A stretch of DNA of 64,000 nucleotides. Source: Lytechinus pictus. Lineage: Eukaryota. The stretch is taken from contig NC_087251.1 of assembly GCF_037042905.1 (NCBI RefSeq), forward strand, positions 44,394,001-44,458,000. Direction: 5' to 3'. A program made the position numbers and the translations under genes. This document shows, piece after piece, positions 34,629-48,039 of this stretch. Below the pieces are notes generated by a model. The model was given only the letters and a program-made list of their open reading frames with translations. It made no database searches and was not told where the DNA came from. Position 1 is the first letter of the stretch. Every line of letters starts with the position of its first letter.

Positions 34629-35245
34629 GTTTTATAAATTGACACAAGATCTACTTATTCACAGGAACTCTATTCAAGAAAACTATCTTCTGGTACGCAG
34701 CCCATACTTTTTGGTCACAAAAGACACAATCAGTGGTTTTGGACATCTGCCAAAAACTAGGTACACATAATGTATGGCACATACAAATGGTGCACATCTA
34801 TTAATAGCACTATCTATGAACAATAATTTTTGAAGGATATAAATGAGTATCACCTGCTGTGGTGTTTAGGAAAGAGAGGAAGAATGGGGAGCATGTAAAG
34901 AGTTAACACAATGAGTGCATTCAATGGCTTCAACAGTAATAACATCACCCCTGTGGGGGGCGTTCCGCAGAATTGAAATGTGACTTAGAGCCACACAAGA
35001 ATTCCCAGTTCGGTACGGTATAAGATGCATTGTCGCATTCGTCGGAACATACTTTACCCATTGGAGACTGATTGATTTTGTTATAACACACATATTCCAT
35101 AGAATCCAGGCAGCGTATATGTGGGCTCGGTCTCCCAATGAGTTAATGAGATCGCTAGATGCTGGATGTACGTGTGTCTTTATCTAAGCTTGACTTTTAA
35201 GTCACACTTAATTCTTTTTCAAACAACCCCTGATCATGGTGGTGA

Positions 35246-35443
35246 TTTTTTTTACCTGATTTCTAAGAAAGCATGAATACTTGTAGGCAAGCAACCAGAG
35301 GACTGACAGCTTAAGGTCCTCTTCGAGGGACCTGGTAATGAGGATTAATGCCTTACCAAAGGGCACTAGCACACCGTGGGGGAATCGAAACCGGGTCACC
35401 GGAATCCGAAACCCCCGCTCTACCGACTGAGCTATCGCACCTC
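35246..35443 (-). mobile_element. tRNA-derived SINE, antisense in the ADPGK 3' region
   Basis: Minus strand: tagctcagtcggtagagc (A box) ... ggtttcgattccc (B box), A-rich tail. Confidence 0.82.
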
Positions 35444-37276
35444 GACATGTGATAAGTGAGAATGACATATGTACATGTACATTAGATTTCTAGAATTCAA
35501 AGTATATATCACATTACAGCAATTGCCCTCAAGATTTCATTCATTTAATGTTCTGTTATTCCTCCTGATATTTGTGTCTGTTGAATCTATCAGTATCTTC
35601 TTTAAATCAGTACTTGATGATATAATCAATAATTTCAATTAACCAATCGTGCTGTTCGTGTGTGCTTAATGTAACCAGCGAAAAAAAAAAAAACGTTGTG
35701 CATTGTGAATAACTGGTTTGCCTATAGGAATTCATGGCCTTTTTATTTAGATGATTAATGTAATTTGAATTTTAATATCTAATATGAAACCTTTTATATA
35801 AAAAGACCAATATGAAACTAATGTGAATAGACATATTTTTAGCATTCGGTATGAAAAAGGGTCCATAAAACCATTTTCATATTTTATGTTCCGTTCAATT
35901 ATCTTTTCAATTTTATAATTTTAAGCATATTTTCTTATTTACTTGGTAGTAAATACCAGGTTATTTTGTCATTGCTTGGAATGTTTTTTTTAAAAGATAT
36001 AATTGCTTAAACGCAAACTGAGGCCTATAGCCATTTATGACAATGGTTTTGAAGAGAAATAAATGTAATTGCTACATGTTTTTAACTCAATATGTAGACC
36101 AGTTGGACATTATTTTTTTCAAATGAAAATATTGCTGCTTTAAAAAGGTACTAGTAGTCAAAAAGAATATAGAGCAAGCCGTTTTTTTTTTTAATTTCCA
36201 TTTATCCATAATAGTTTTAGTTAAGTTATTTATTTGTATTTATAGATTCAGAGAGGTGAGATTCACCTGTAGTTTTCTGTTCTAATTGGAATTTATCAGG
36301 AAACTTGGGTTGAGAATGGTGATGGAGAACCTACCTTTACAGTGGGTGCAGTTTACATTTTTTTTCCAATCAGAAATGCTTTTTTTCTTTTAAAAGTCTT
36401 TAAATGATAAATTACCATTTATTTACTTGAATTTCCACAATATAAGTTGTCACAAATTTTCAAATATTGATAAATGTTTTGGTGTTCCAAGTAAGTTTCA
36501 ACATCTCTCAAACACAATAATTTATTTGCAAAAGAAGGACAACTTTCGTTAGCTTTATTCATAAATGAGTTGAAATTTGTTGAAAATGTTGAAAAGTCTA
36601 TTGCTTTTAAAAAGGGCAAGGAGATGCTACATTATAAAAAATGGAGACCTTTTACTAATTTTGAACTAAGTTGAGACTTGCTTTTATTTGTTATGTATTT
36701 AATGATGTACTTTATCTTCATTACAATGAATATTGATGTATCTTGATGTATCTTGTTGTACACGATGGATATTGTACATATATTTTGTTTTATTGAAGCA
36801 ATAAAGATTCAAAAAAGAAAAAAAACACATTTATTTTCATCGTTTATGACCAGCCATCCAAAAACAGTAAGTTGCCAGGGAAGGTACTGTGCCGAAAGCC
36901 AAACGGTCTAACGTTAAATAATAATAATAAAGAGATACAAAGAGTTCATCTGACACTCTTTTTCCTGACTACTTGGAGGTTCAGTGAGATTTGTACAGTG
37001 CACATCCCATGCACGTGCCTGAACTCCAAAATTTAAATCTTGTTTTCTCAATATTTTTTAAGCTCTCACTGAATTTCTCCTACATTTAATCAAGTATTGT
37101 GTGGGTTATTGTTGATCAATTTTAGGATGTGCTCTTAATTTCATAAAAGCTTTGAATTAATTTTAGATATTAAAAGTTATTGCAAGTTTTTGGGTGGTAG
37201 GTCACATTTGGAAATTAAGACTAGACAATTTGACTTTTTCGTTATTTTGCACCTTAAGATACCAGTAAGACACATT

Positions 37277-37668
37277 GGCCCGAATTCACAAAGGTGGTTT
37301 TTACAACCATCGGTTGAACCCACGGTTTATGCAGATTTCCTGTATAAATTACGCTTAATTCCTGCATATATATTTAAAAAAAAAAATCCAATATGATGCG
37401 CGCTGTTGTCTCAGCGCGCCAAATTGACGCATGTTGCCATGGTTATCCCCGCTATTTTATTCATGAGTGCTGTTTTGAATTAATGAGTCCGCTCTTCAAA
37501 CAGTGGACTCATGACTAAAATAGCGTACTTAACCAGTGACAAAAGCGCGCATCAGCATTGGACTTTTTTTTTTATATACGTGGTAAATAAGTGTAATTTA
37601 TACAGGAAATCTGCATAAACCATGGGTTCAACCAATGGTTTTAAAAACCACCTATGTGAATGTGGGCC
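37277..37668. mobile_element. Fold-back MITE family B, copy 2
   Basis: Same termini and central atgagtcc.ctcttcaaacagtggactcat hairpin as 4758-5161. Confidence 0.88.
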
Positions 37669-39378
37669 TACAAGTTGTGTGCTTCAGTCACATCCGTTAA
37701 AGCGACCCCAAACCAACCGATGATATGCTGTTGGATATAATGTAATAGCTTTGGTCGATTTGGAGTTGGATAATTTTGTATGACTGTGGTGTAGTATGAA
37801 GTAGATTATTTTGATTGATCACTACTGGATGAGCGAACAATGTGAAATGACACCATATGGTAATGTAAACAATATCAGATTCCATTTATCATTTAGAGTA
37901 TATCACACCTCACCTCACCATATGTTGTCTCGTATTTGAATTTTATCTCTAGAGGGTACATTTGGCATGTACAGTAGTGTAAGGAGAAATACTCTTCTAT
38001 ACATATAGTGTTGTAATTGCAACCCATTTTAAATCTTTATTATTTTGATTGATTATAAGTAATTATTTTTGAAAATATATTTATATTACCCAATTAATTG
38101 ATTATTATATTTATTTATTATTATTGTTTTATTTATTATTATTTTTATTATCTATTATTATTATTATTATCAATATTGTTATTACTATTATTATTATCGC
38201 CATTATTATTAATATTTTTTTTTCTTTATGGGGGGGGGGGGGGAGATAAGCTTTAAATAAAAAATAAGCTCTCCCCGTGAATGCTACCATTGATAATTTA
38301 TATGCCATAAGAGGCAAAAGATGACAGATTTTTTTTTTTTGATATGGTGATCAGTTTATAATATTTCATGAAAGAATTCAGTATGTATAAATGTGTGTTT
38401 TGAAGAAAATATAGGGGTTTGAAAGATTTTCATGAAATAAGCTTTTTAGCGTCACAGGTTATACATGTATTTATTTTGAGACAAATCACAACTTATTTCT
38501 ACTGCACTGGTTCACTGGTTTAGTATTCATTTGTATAGTTCTTTCTATACTCTGCGATGGCCTTCTACTTGGACATGAAATTAAAAAATAAATGTTTCTG
38601 CTCTAATGCATTTTATCAATACATGCCTCAATTGGACAGTCAGAGCTGGATTCAAAGGGATATCACAATCAAAATCATTTCTGATGCAGAACAAATAAGG
38701 TCCATATTAGATGTGCACTTTGTTAGCAGACAAATCCCAACTCCTTTTTATTGTAAAATTCATACAGTGCGCTTGTATTGGTATATGGTAGTAATTTCAT
38801 AAATAATCTTTATTTCTAGATTGTTTTGCAGCATAAGCAGAATTGTATTTTACATATTAACTCTCCAGAAAATATAAACACAGGAAAACTTTAATGAGAA
38901 ATGATATCAAAATAATATGACAAAAATATATAAAAAAAGCATGAAGAAATATATAAAATCAATACATTTTGGGGCCCCCAATGCAAGAGTAACAACATAT
39001 TTGTGTAAAACATTTACATGTATGTAAGGCTACAATTTATCAGGGGGGCAGTTAGAGCAGAATTAACATACATTGTATTATTGTAATTTGTGATGCAGAA
39101 AAAATGAGGCCCATATTAGTTTTCTTGTTAGATCATAAAAGTATAAGAAAGGAATATCACAGGTACATGTATTTCTATACATTTAAATACATGTGATGCA
39201 GAACAAAGGCCGCCAATATTATTTATCCTGTGAAACCATACAATTATATATTGAAAAGGAAAACATCAGTTATTTACATAGCTATATTCTCTGTTCGTGA
39301 TGCAGAACGTATAAGGTTCATATCATTTGTCTCGTGAAACCGTACAAGTGTATATAAAGGAATATCACAATACATTAT

Positions 39379-39584
39379 GGGCAATGCCATAAAACATACA
39401 TGTACGTCCGACCCCCAACATGTGGGACCTTCATGAAATTTTCTGTCTCTGATTTTTTTGTTCTTTTGACAGTCTGTAATGTTCTCAAAGGACCATGACT
39501 TGGTGAATTTATGAAGTGGAAGTAAAACTTGAGAAAAATGGGGGTCGGACGTACAAAAAGGTTGATCATTTTATGGAATTGCCC
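39379..39584. mobile_element. Sola2-like MITE
   Basis: TTAT|gggcaatgccataaaa ... ttttatggaattgccc|TTAT; 4-bp TSD; same termini as 58082-60636. Confidence 0.8.
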
Positions 39585-42500
39585 TTATACATTGCACAAG
39601 CTCTCCAGTTTGTTCCTGCATGGCTGATAATAGTTACGTATTTGCTAAAAGGATGGGAGAATTACTTAGAGCGAGAAGACTGTAGGTTCTGATTTAAAAC
39701 ACATTCAACACCTAGTTCTGTGCAGATGTTATTTGATTGATTGTGCGTGCAGGTTAAATTTTACTGTCAGTTTTCAGATGTACACATGTACAGCGTATAT
39801 TCTAGCGATTGTTTAGTCATGGGTTTAAAGTCTACTAAAGGTATTTGTCATCAGATTGAATATGCTTATAGATGTTTATCTCTTGATCAAATATTGTTAT
39901 TAATTTATTCTGACATGCGTGCATTGTAAAAGAGCATTAGCAAAATGAGGTCAAGAATGGCATACTGGTTCATACACTTAGAAATATATATTGCACCTAA
40001 ACCGACACCTTCAAGCACAAATTTTATCTTTCTATTGATATTTATCATTTTTTATTGTGTGCAGATATAAGCAGTAAAATCATGAGAATTACTTTGCATT
40101 ATATCCCATCATCATATTTGATGGGACAATAATTTCAATTTGCCCATGTAACTATATTGTTGGCAGAAAATGAATATGATAATGAAAATATATTTTGCAT
40201 GTTACTTTTTTAATGTTTTTTGTGGTCTTCAAAATTATTAATATTTGATTTAAATGATCATTATTTTTGATATTGCTTTCTGTACTTTCTATTTTTATGA
40301 ATTTCATAGAAGTGAATAATTTGTTAAATGACCATTATTTTGGATATTGCTTTTCTTGCTTTCTACTTTCTTATTTTTCATAATTTTATGATTATTTGTG
40401 CTGTGTATGTTTTAAGAGAGGGTAAGAGTTACATTATGAAAGATTATTGTGAACCTCTCTCACCCTCTCCCATCTGAAAGTGAATAACGATCAGAGTTGG
40501 ATTACATATCCACAAGAGTCCATCCACATCACTTAACATCGAGGTGAAGTGGTTCACAACCGATTTATCATGGCATCCCCTGCCATAAGCACCTGTGTAA
40601 TGTTTTCTATTATTGGGCAGAATTCCTTTTATTCGGGCGTGTAAATTTCCCGGGGCATCTAGAATATGGATTTACATGTATGTCTACATTCAATAAGCAA
40701 TCAAGCATGTTAACCATGTGTAGTGCCTTTTAAAGCAGCCAAGCGTACGTGCAGTTGTATTATCCACACCTCGATGATCTTAAATCATGGATGTATATAA
40801 AAAAAAATTGTCTGGACTCTGCTCCACAGAGACTATGCCTGCCTCCCCCGAATCCCTTCCAAGTGTTGGATAATGATAAATATAGATCAGCTACATGTAA
40901 TACCTCCAACCTGACCATTTTTTTTCTATTTGAAGAAATAAATGATACAATGTGGCCCATAATGTATTCTGAGCAATTTCTAGTTTATGGAATTACTGGA
41001 GGAGATGATTTTATGAAGATTATCATCAAAGAATGAAAGTAAAGTTAGCTGTGCTGAGAATTAACATTTTATTGAGTTTCAACATAAAAATTGAGAAAAT
41101 GACAATATACAGGGGCTACGGAACGGTTGGGGGGGCTGCCCCAATTTTTTCTTTAAATTTTTCCTAAACATATATATGTTTAATACATGAATGCTGTCAA
41201 ATGATATTTCATCAACATATATATATGTATATATTAATTTCCAGGGTACATGTTAATGTGTCTTATTTAGTTTCTAGGTAGCTGGCAAAACATCTCTTTT
41301 TGATAGAATTCAATGTTTGATCAAGGAGATTGCACCTTTGAATGTACCGATATGATTTATTCTGTTTTCTTTTAGACGAAGACAATTAACAAGTTAAATA
41401 TAGAATTATCCATTCATCCAAATAAATCTTTACATTTTATTCTAAAAATTGTGTGTGTATATATATCACTGATGTAAATTCAACTTATTGTTCGGGGGGG
41501 GGGGGGGGGGTGTGAACTATTGTTCCATCCCCCACTTAGTATGACTTATTGTATTTACGCCCATGGTATGCATTCATCATTTATATTTTTAGTTATATTT
41601 TGAGCTTGATTACAGAGGGAAGGAATTTACTTGTATGTAATATTATTGTACAAAGATTGCAATATATATCGAAATATTTTTCACAATAAAACATTTCTGA
41701 AATCACATGTAACATGAACTTTGTCATTAATTGTTTTGTAGTAAAATGTGAAGTTTCACAAAGATTATCCGGTGGCTGGAATTGGCTATGGAAGGCTGGA
41801 CATACCCACGTGATCGCTGTCAGGGTCCTTTCTATAAGCTGTTCATAAACTTGTGCATATCTTTATGATCTAGAATTCTGGATTATGGGATACCAAACAT
41901 GATTCTCTACCATTTTCAACTACATCGGCTGAAATTTGCAATATGTAGGTTCAGGTAGGTTAATGTTCTAAATCCAATGATATTGTTAGCCACTAAATCT
42001 TATTGAAAGTAATCCTCAAATTTTGTTAAAACTGACGTTCAAGTCCACCCCAGAAAGTGCCTATTTAAACCAATAGAGAAAAGTCAGACAAGCATAATGC
42101 TGAAAATTTCATCAAAATCCGATGTAAAATAAGAAAGTTACAAAAAAATTATATGCACAATTTAGTCACATGCAAATGAGAGAATCGATGATGTCCTTCA
42201 CTATTTCTTTTGTTTATTATTGTTTGAATTATACAATATTTCAATTTTCACAGAAAACAATAAGGACCAACTTGACTGAACCATAAAATGTTAAACAATA
42301 GTAATTCCACATGTTCAGGGAGAAATAATACTTTGTGAAACAAAGTTTTTGGAATTAATTAGAATATTAGAAAAAATTAGAATATTTCATATTATGAAAT
42401 ACAGAAGAAACAGTGAGTGATGTCACCAGTTCCATCATTTGCATACTGACCGGGATGTGCATATCACTGTTTTGTGAAATTAAGTGAAACTTCAAAATGT

Positions 42501-42940
42501 CATAACTTTCTTATTTTACATCCGATTTTCATGAAATTTTCAGTGTTATGCTTGTTGGAGTTTTCTTTTTTTATTTCAAATCAACTGTTTGTTGGGGTGG
42601 ACTTGTCCTGTAAAAAAATGGAACGAATTTCAACTTACATTTTTGGAACCCAATATCTCAAGTCTTTTGTTAAGCCATGTGAAATGTAAGTTACTGAATA
42701 AATTTTGAGACAGCCTTGTGGTCTAAGGGCAAGGCGCATCATGGGCACCAATAGAGGTGAGTGTGCGAGAAAAGTGAGGTGTGTCTATTCTAAGTTACTC
42801 CACTCGTTATAATCAATATTGCTCTTATCCAAGTTGCCACATTGGATAGATCATGTTCATGGGATGTACTGGAGAGCTATCAATGAAATGATGCATTGAG
42901 CAATCAATTTATCAATCTTATTTTTAGAAAGTCAAAAGGG

Positions 42941-42979
42941 GCCTAAGCTTTCGATCCTAGCAGAATCTTCGTCGGAGGC
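42941..42979 (-). ncRNA. Minimal hammerhead-like motif in a Penelope-type repeat remnant (~42925-43300)
   Basis: Minus strand GCCU-CCGACGA-A-GAUUCU GCU AGGAUC-GAAAGCUU-AGGC: stem I, variant CUGANGA core, 6-bp stem II, GAAA, palindromic AAGCUU. Confidence 0.6.
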
Positions 42980-45689
42980 AAAATGACAAACATATAAAGT
43001 GGAACAACCATAATATAGACCACAGACAAGCTACAGCAACACTAGAAACAAGGAGACAAAAGGGGCATTAATGAGTGAGAAGACCAATCAGGTTAGTGAA
43101 GGGGATGAAAGAAAAGGAGTAGGCAGACACAAAGGGAAGTTAGTGTAAGTAAGGCCAGTAAAATACCTCAAGCCAATAGGGATTAAGATAATGAGGCAGG
43201 CAACATCAAACAGGATCTGGAACAAAACAGTGATAGAGGGTATGGGGAAGAGATGAATAACAAGAGAACTAGTGAGAGGTGGGTCAAACTTATTTTTACA
43301 CAGAAATTGGTCATTAAGAGAAGGAACACTTCTACCGGTTCAGTCATTTTGCTCACAACCCCATTATTGAAAAGTTACACTGTACACCTTAGTGATTGGG
43401 GGAGGGGGGGAACTTTATTACGTTTAGAAACGTCAATACTTTGCAACACCCCTTCAAGTGGCCTCAGCGCACACTTCTACCCTGTAAACAACAACTTCAC
43501 ACACTACTGCACAAACGGAGAAAAAGCCTACATGAAATTTACAAGAACACACAGACTATGTAATGTTATGTATTACATTCAATAATATTTCATTAATCTG
43601 ATGATACGATTAAAGGCACGGGCGTACAGATGGGACTCTTGCCCCCCCCCCCCCAATTTTTTATGACCAAGGAAAAATAAGAGAAAAGTAAAGAAAAAAA
43701 AGGTGAAATATGATATTATTTTCTGAAAATCATGTAAAAATCTATCACAAAATTTGATTGTTGTAATAAAAATGTTGAAATTTTTGCTCGCTCGCAACTT
43801 ATCAATTTTACATGATACACCATCTGGCCCCCTCAAAATTTTTGGCTCATTGTGCCACTGATTAAAGGATACAAACATCACTTTAAAATGCACCTGTAGA
43901 TCGACTGCTCATACACTGAACACAAAGTAAACAATATTTAATATTTGTAGCATTTCAATATTTTACTCTTGAATAGATTTGCAATGAATGCACACATGAT
44001 GAACACACAGGAAATTCATGGAAAATAAAATGCACTTTGCATCACTGTAAAGGTTCACCTTAGAGATGAATTTTAATCATGCACATCTCATCTCTCAGTC
44101 TCAAACAGATGAAAATACACAAGTATATTTAGATTCAGGACTCATTGTTATACCATGGATAGCTCCATGGTTATACAGGGATTACAAAACAAATACAGCA
44201 TTTGTACAATTATTCTTATTGCATGTGTCACATTTATTAACCATACATGTATGTTATTGGAGCATATTGCACCATACGTGTGCTACTCTTGGGTAAGGCT
44301 GTTAAGAAGACCTTTAAGCATTTTTCAGGCATGACATGGTGCATTGCATTGACCCCCAGGGGCTGAGGGGTCAAGGGACGAAGACCACAAAAGCACCTGC
44401 ACTTTTGTCAATTTCATGTGCACACTTAAACCTGTGTAGAATGCATTTCTTAAGATAATAAAGCTGAAAAAGCCAAATACTGTAATTACGGTCACAATTA
44501 CACCACTAACAATAAGCTTTTCCTCATCAATCAGTCTTCTTATTCTCCTTGCTGTCATCCTCACATCGACACAATGCACCATGGTACGAAATTTGCACCC
44601 CAAATCACTCACATGAGAGTACCTTTGTAAAACAAACTATCTGGTTGCAGGGCAAACCTTGAAATTATTTATGTTCAGTAATAGATTAGTCCTTGTATTT
44701 GCAAGTTTGTCACTTTCGTTCCAACATGAAACTTTCATTACGTTTTGCCGATTCTGGATATTATTATGCAAATCGCAGATGCCATTTTAGTTTTGTCAGG
44801 AACTGAAGTTCGAGGGACAAATGTCTCTAATTCTTTGTCAAGTTGGCCAAGAAATTAAATAAACAAGGTAGTAAACCTGCGATACAATTTAAAGTGGCTT
44901 TCTCTGGTATCAGTCAGTCTTTGGAGGAGATTCTGGTGATCGAATCACCAGAACTTCACATCGACCAAAAAGAATTCAGCCACAACAAATTTGTTTTCTT
45001 TTTAAACATGATCTTTTATTACAATTCACAATTATGAAAAAATAAGATAATTGTCAGAAATCGGATTAAAATTAGTAGAATATCATGCCTGAATTTTTAA
45101 AAGCTACTTGGGGCTTTTTCATGAACTGTTTATATGGTTACGCTATACTGGAACATGTTTTTGTGCTGAATGGGATGTCAGGAATTCTTCCTGGTTTTTT
45201 TTCATCAAAGTTAAACAGAATTTTGAGTAACCTGTGTTATATTTGACTAATAGTAAATCTTGCATTAAAATGCTTATTAGATGAATCTTTATCTGATATA
45301 GACCCTAAAAGAATGTTCCAATCAGTTGTAAAGTCAGTCATAACTTAAAACAGGTTTATGAAATGGCTACCTGCATCCTACAGAATATGGCTCATTCTGC
45401 TGTTGCACCCTCCTATATGTGAGTCTTCATGGAAACCCTCCAAGGTAAAAATCGGTCAAATTGGTATAGACTGTATGAAGAGGACGTCCATCTTCTGTCA
45501 CTAACAGCAAGCAGAAAACCGGTTAACGAAATGCATAGGTGAATCAGAAGCCTTCGCTATTCCTTTCAGTTGATGTAGGCAGTGACAAGTCAAACATGTT
45601 GACACTTTCAGCAAGATGCCTCTGCGGCTGGTACATAAGTCTTGGTCGCTGCACATACTAGGATGGAAAACTAGATGACCACCTGAACT

Positions 45690-48005
45690 ATGTACAGTTC
45701 CTCAGAGATCGTACTGCTATCCGGTCCTCTGTAAGCATTAGTATATCCTGAGAACAACTGACATGGACAGGTAGTGATTATGGAGACACTAGTATAACAG
45801 TTTTTATTGAATCCTTGATCAATGCACAGTTCTTCAGGGATCTTTGAAAATAGCGCAATCTGGTCATGTGGAAACATTGGAATATTGTGAGAAAATTGAC
45901 ATTGGAAGGTAGATATTCTGGAGACAATAGTGAAACAGTCTCTATCTATGAATCCTTGATTAGTATTCCTCAAGGATTCTACCACTTTCTGGTCCATCTG
46001 TAAATCCTAAGGACAACCAACATGGACAACTTGTAGTCCTTGAGGCACTGGTTTCACAATCTTAAGCAAATCCTTGATCAGTGGATCCTACTGCTATCTA
46101 GTTCATAGTATAACACTCTCTATGTAATCCTTGATCAATGTGAAGTTCATTCTGGTGCAAACTGGTCCTCTGCAAGCATTAGTATAAGAACATCTGACAT
46201 TGGAAGGTAGCACTCCTGGGGACACTAGAATCACAGTCTTTACTGAATCCTTGATCAGTGGATCCTACTGCTATCTGGTCCTCTGAAAAAAATTGGTATG
46301 TTCTAAGAACAGCTGACACTGGAAGTTGGTAATCCTGGATACATTGGTACAACATTCTCTATGGAATCCTTGATCAATGTGAAGTTCATTCTGGTGTAAA
46401 CTGGTCCTCCGCAAGCATTAGTATATCCTATGAACATCTGACATTGGAAGGTAGCACTCCTGGGGACACTAGAATCACAGTCTTTACTGAATCCTTGTTC
46501 AGTGGATCCTACTGCTATCTGGTCCTCTGAATTTTTTTTGTATATTCTAAGAACAGCTGACATTGGAAGGTAGCACTTCTGGGGACACTAGAATCACTGT
46601 TTTTACTGAATCATTGATCAGTGGATGCTACTGCTATCTGGTCCTCTGAATTTTTTTTGGTATATTCTAAGAACAGCTGACATTGGAAGTTGGTAATCCT
46701 AGATACATTGGTACAACATTCTCTATGGAATCCTTGATCAATGTCAAGTTCATTCTGGTGTAACCTGGTCCTCTGCAAGCATTAGTATATTCTAAGAACA
46801 TCTGACATTGGAAGGAAGCACTCCTGGGGACACTAGAATCACAGTCTTTACTGAATCATTGATCAGTGGATCCTACTGCTATCTGGTCCTCTGAATTTTT
46901 TTTGTATATTCTAAGAACAGCTGACATTGGAAGGTAGCACTTCTGGGGACACTAGAATCACTGTTTTTACTGAATCATTGATCAGTGGATGCTACTGCTA
47001 TCTGGTCCTCTGAATTTTTTTTGGTATATTCTAAGAACAGCTGACATTGGAAGTTGGTAATCCTAGATACATTGGTACAACATTCTCTATGGAATCCTTG
47101 ATCAATGTGAAGTTTATTCTGGTGTAACCTGATCCTCTGCGAGCATTAATATATCCTATCAACATCTGACATTGGAAGGTAGCACTCCTGGGGACACTAG
47201 AATCACAGTCTTTACTGAATCATTGATCAGTGGATCCTACTGCTATCTGGTCCTCTGAATTTTTTTTGTATATTCTAAGAACAGCTGACATTGGAAGGTA
47301 GCACTTCTGGGGACACTAGAATCACTGTTTTTACTGAATCATTGATCAGTGGATGCTACTGCTATCTGGTCCTCTGAATTTTTTTTGGTATATTCTAAGA
47401 ACAGCTGACATTGGAAGTTGGTAATCCTAGATACATTGGTACAACATTCTCTATGGAATCCTTGATCAATGTGAAGTTTATTCTGGTGTAACCTGATCCT
47501 CTGCGAGCATTAATATATCCTATCAACATCTGACATTGGAAGGTAGCACTCCTGAGGACACAAGAATCACAGTCTTTGCTGAATTTTTGATCAGTGGATC
47601 CTAGTGCTATCTGGGATATCCTAAGAACTACTGACGTTGGAAGTTGGTAATCCTGGATACATTAGTACAAAATTTTCTATGGAATCCTTAGAACATCCGG
47701 TGTTAGAATGTAGTAATTCTGGAGACAGTTGCATCACAGTCTTTGCTGAATCCTTGATCAGTGGATCCTAGTGCTATCTGGAATATCCTAAGAACTACTG
47801 ACGTTGGAAGTTGGTAATCCTGGATACATTAGTACAACATTCTTTATAGAATCCTTAGAACATCCGGTGTTAGAATGTAGTAATTCTGGAGACACTTGCA
47901 TCAGTCTTTGCTGAATCCTTGATCAGTGGATCCTAGTGCTATCTGGTCCTCTGCAAACATTGGTATATCCTAAGAACTGTTGACATGGGCAGTTGGTAAT
48001 CCTTG
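45690..48005 (-). repeat. ~121-bp tandem repeat array with 364-bp higher-order unit in the ANAPC1 3' region
   Basis: The monomer ctgacattggaag...gaatccttgatca...ctggtcctctg recurs about every 121 bp; the variant cattggaagttggtaatcct recurs at 46317, 46681, 47045 and 47409. Confidence 0.95.
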
Positions 48006-48039
48006 AGAGCTGTATAGACCTCTGGGAGAGAGCTGTCCC
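47939..48039 (-). CDS. ANAPC1: ANAPC1 last coding exon
   Basis: GDSSLPEVYTALKDYQLPMSTVLRIYQCLQRTR*; resembles the vertebrate C-terminus (MPVRALLRL). Confidence 0.85.

Noticed and set aside
33930..34770. Antisense and alternative-frame ORFs over ADPGK exon 5
   Set aside because: By-products of a GC-rich coding exon.
35370..35443. tRNA gene
   Set aside because: A/B boxes are present, but the cloverleaf is incomplete and continues into a SINE body; the same holds at 30765 and 56293.
46190..47940. CRISPR-like array or repeat-coding exon
   Set aside because: Eukaryotic context, whole units repeat with no unique spacers, and stops interrupt the frames.
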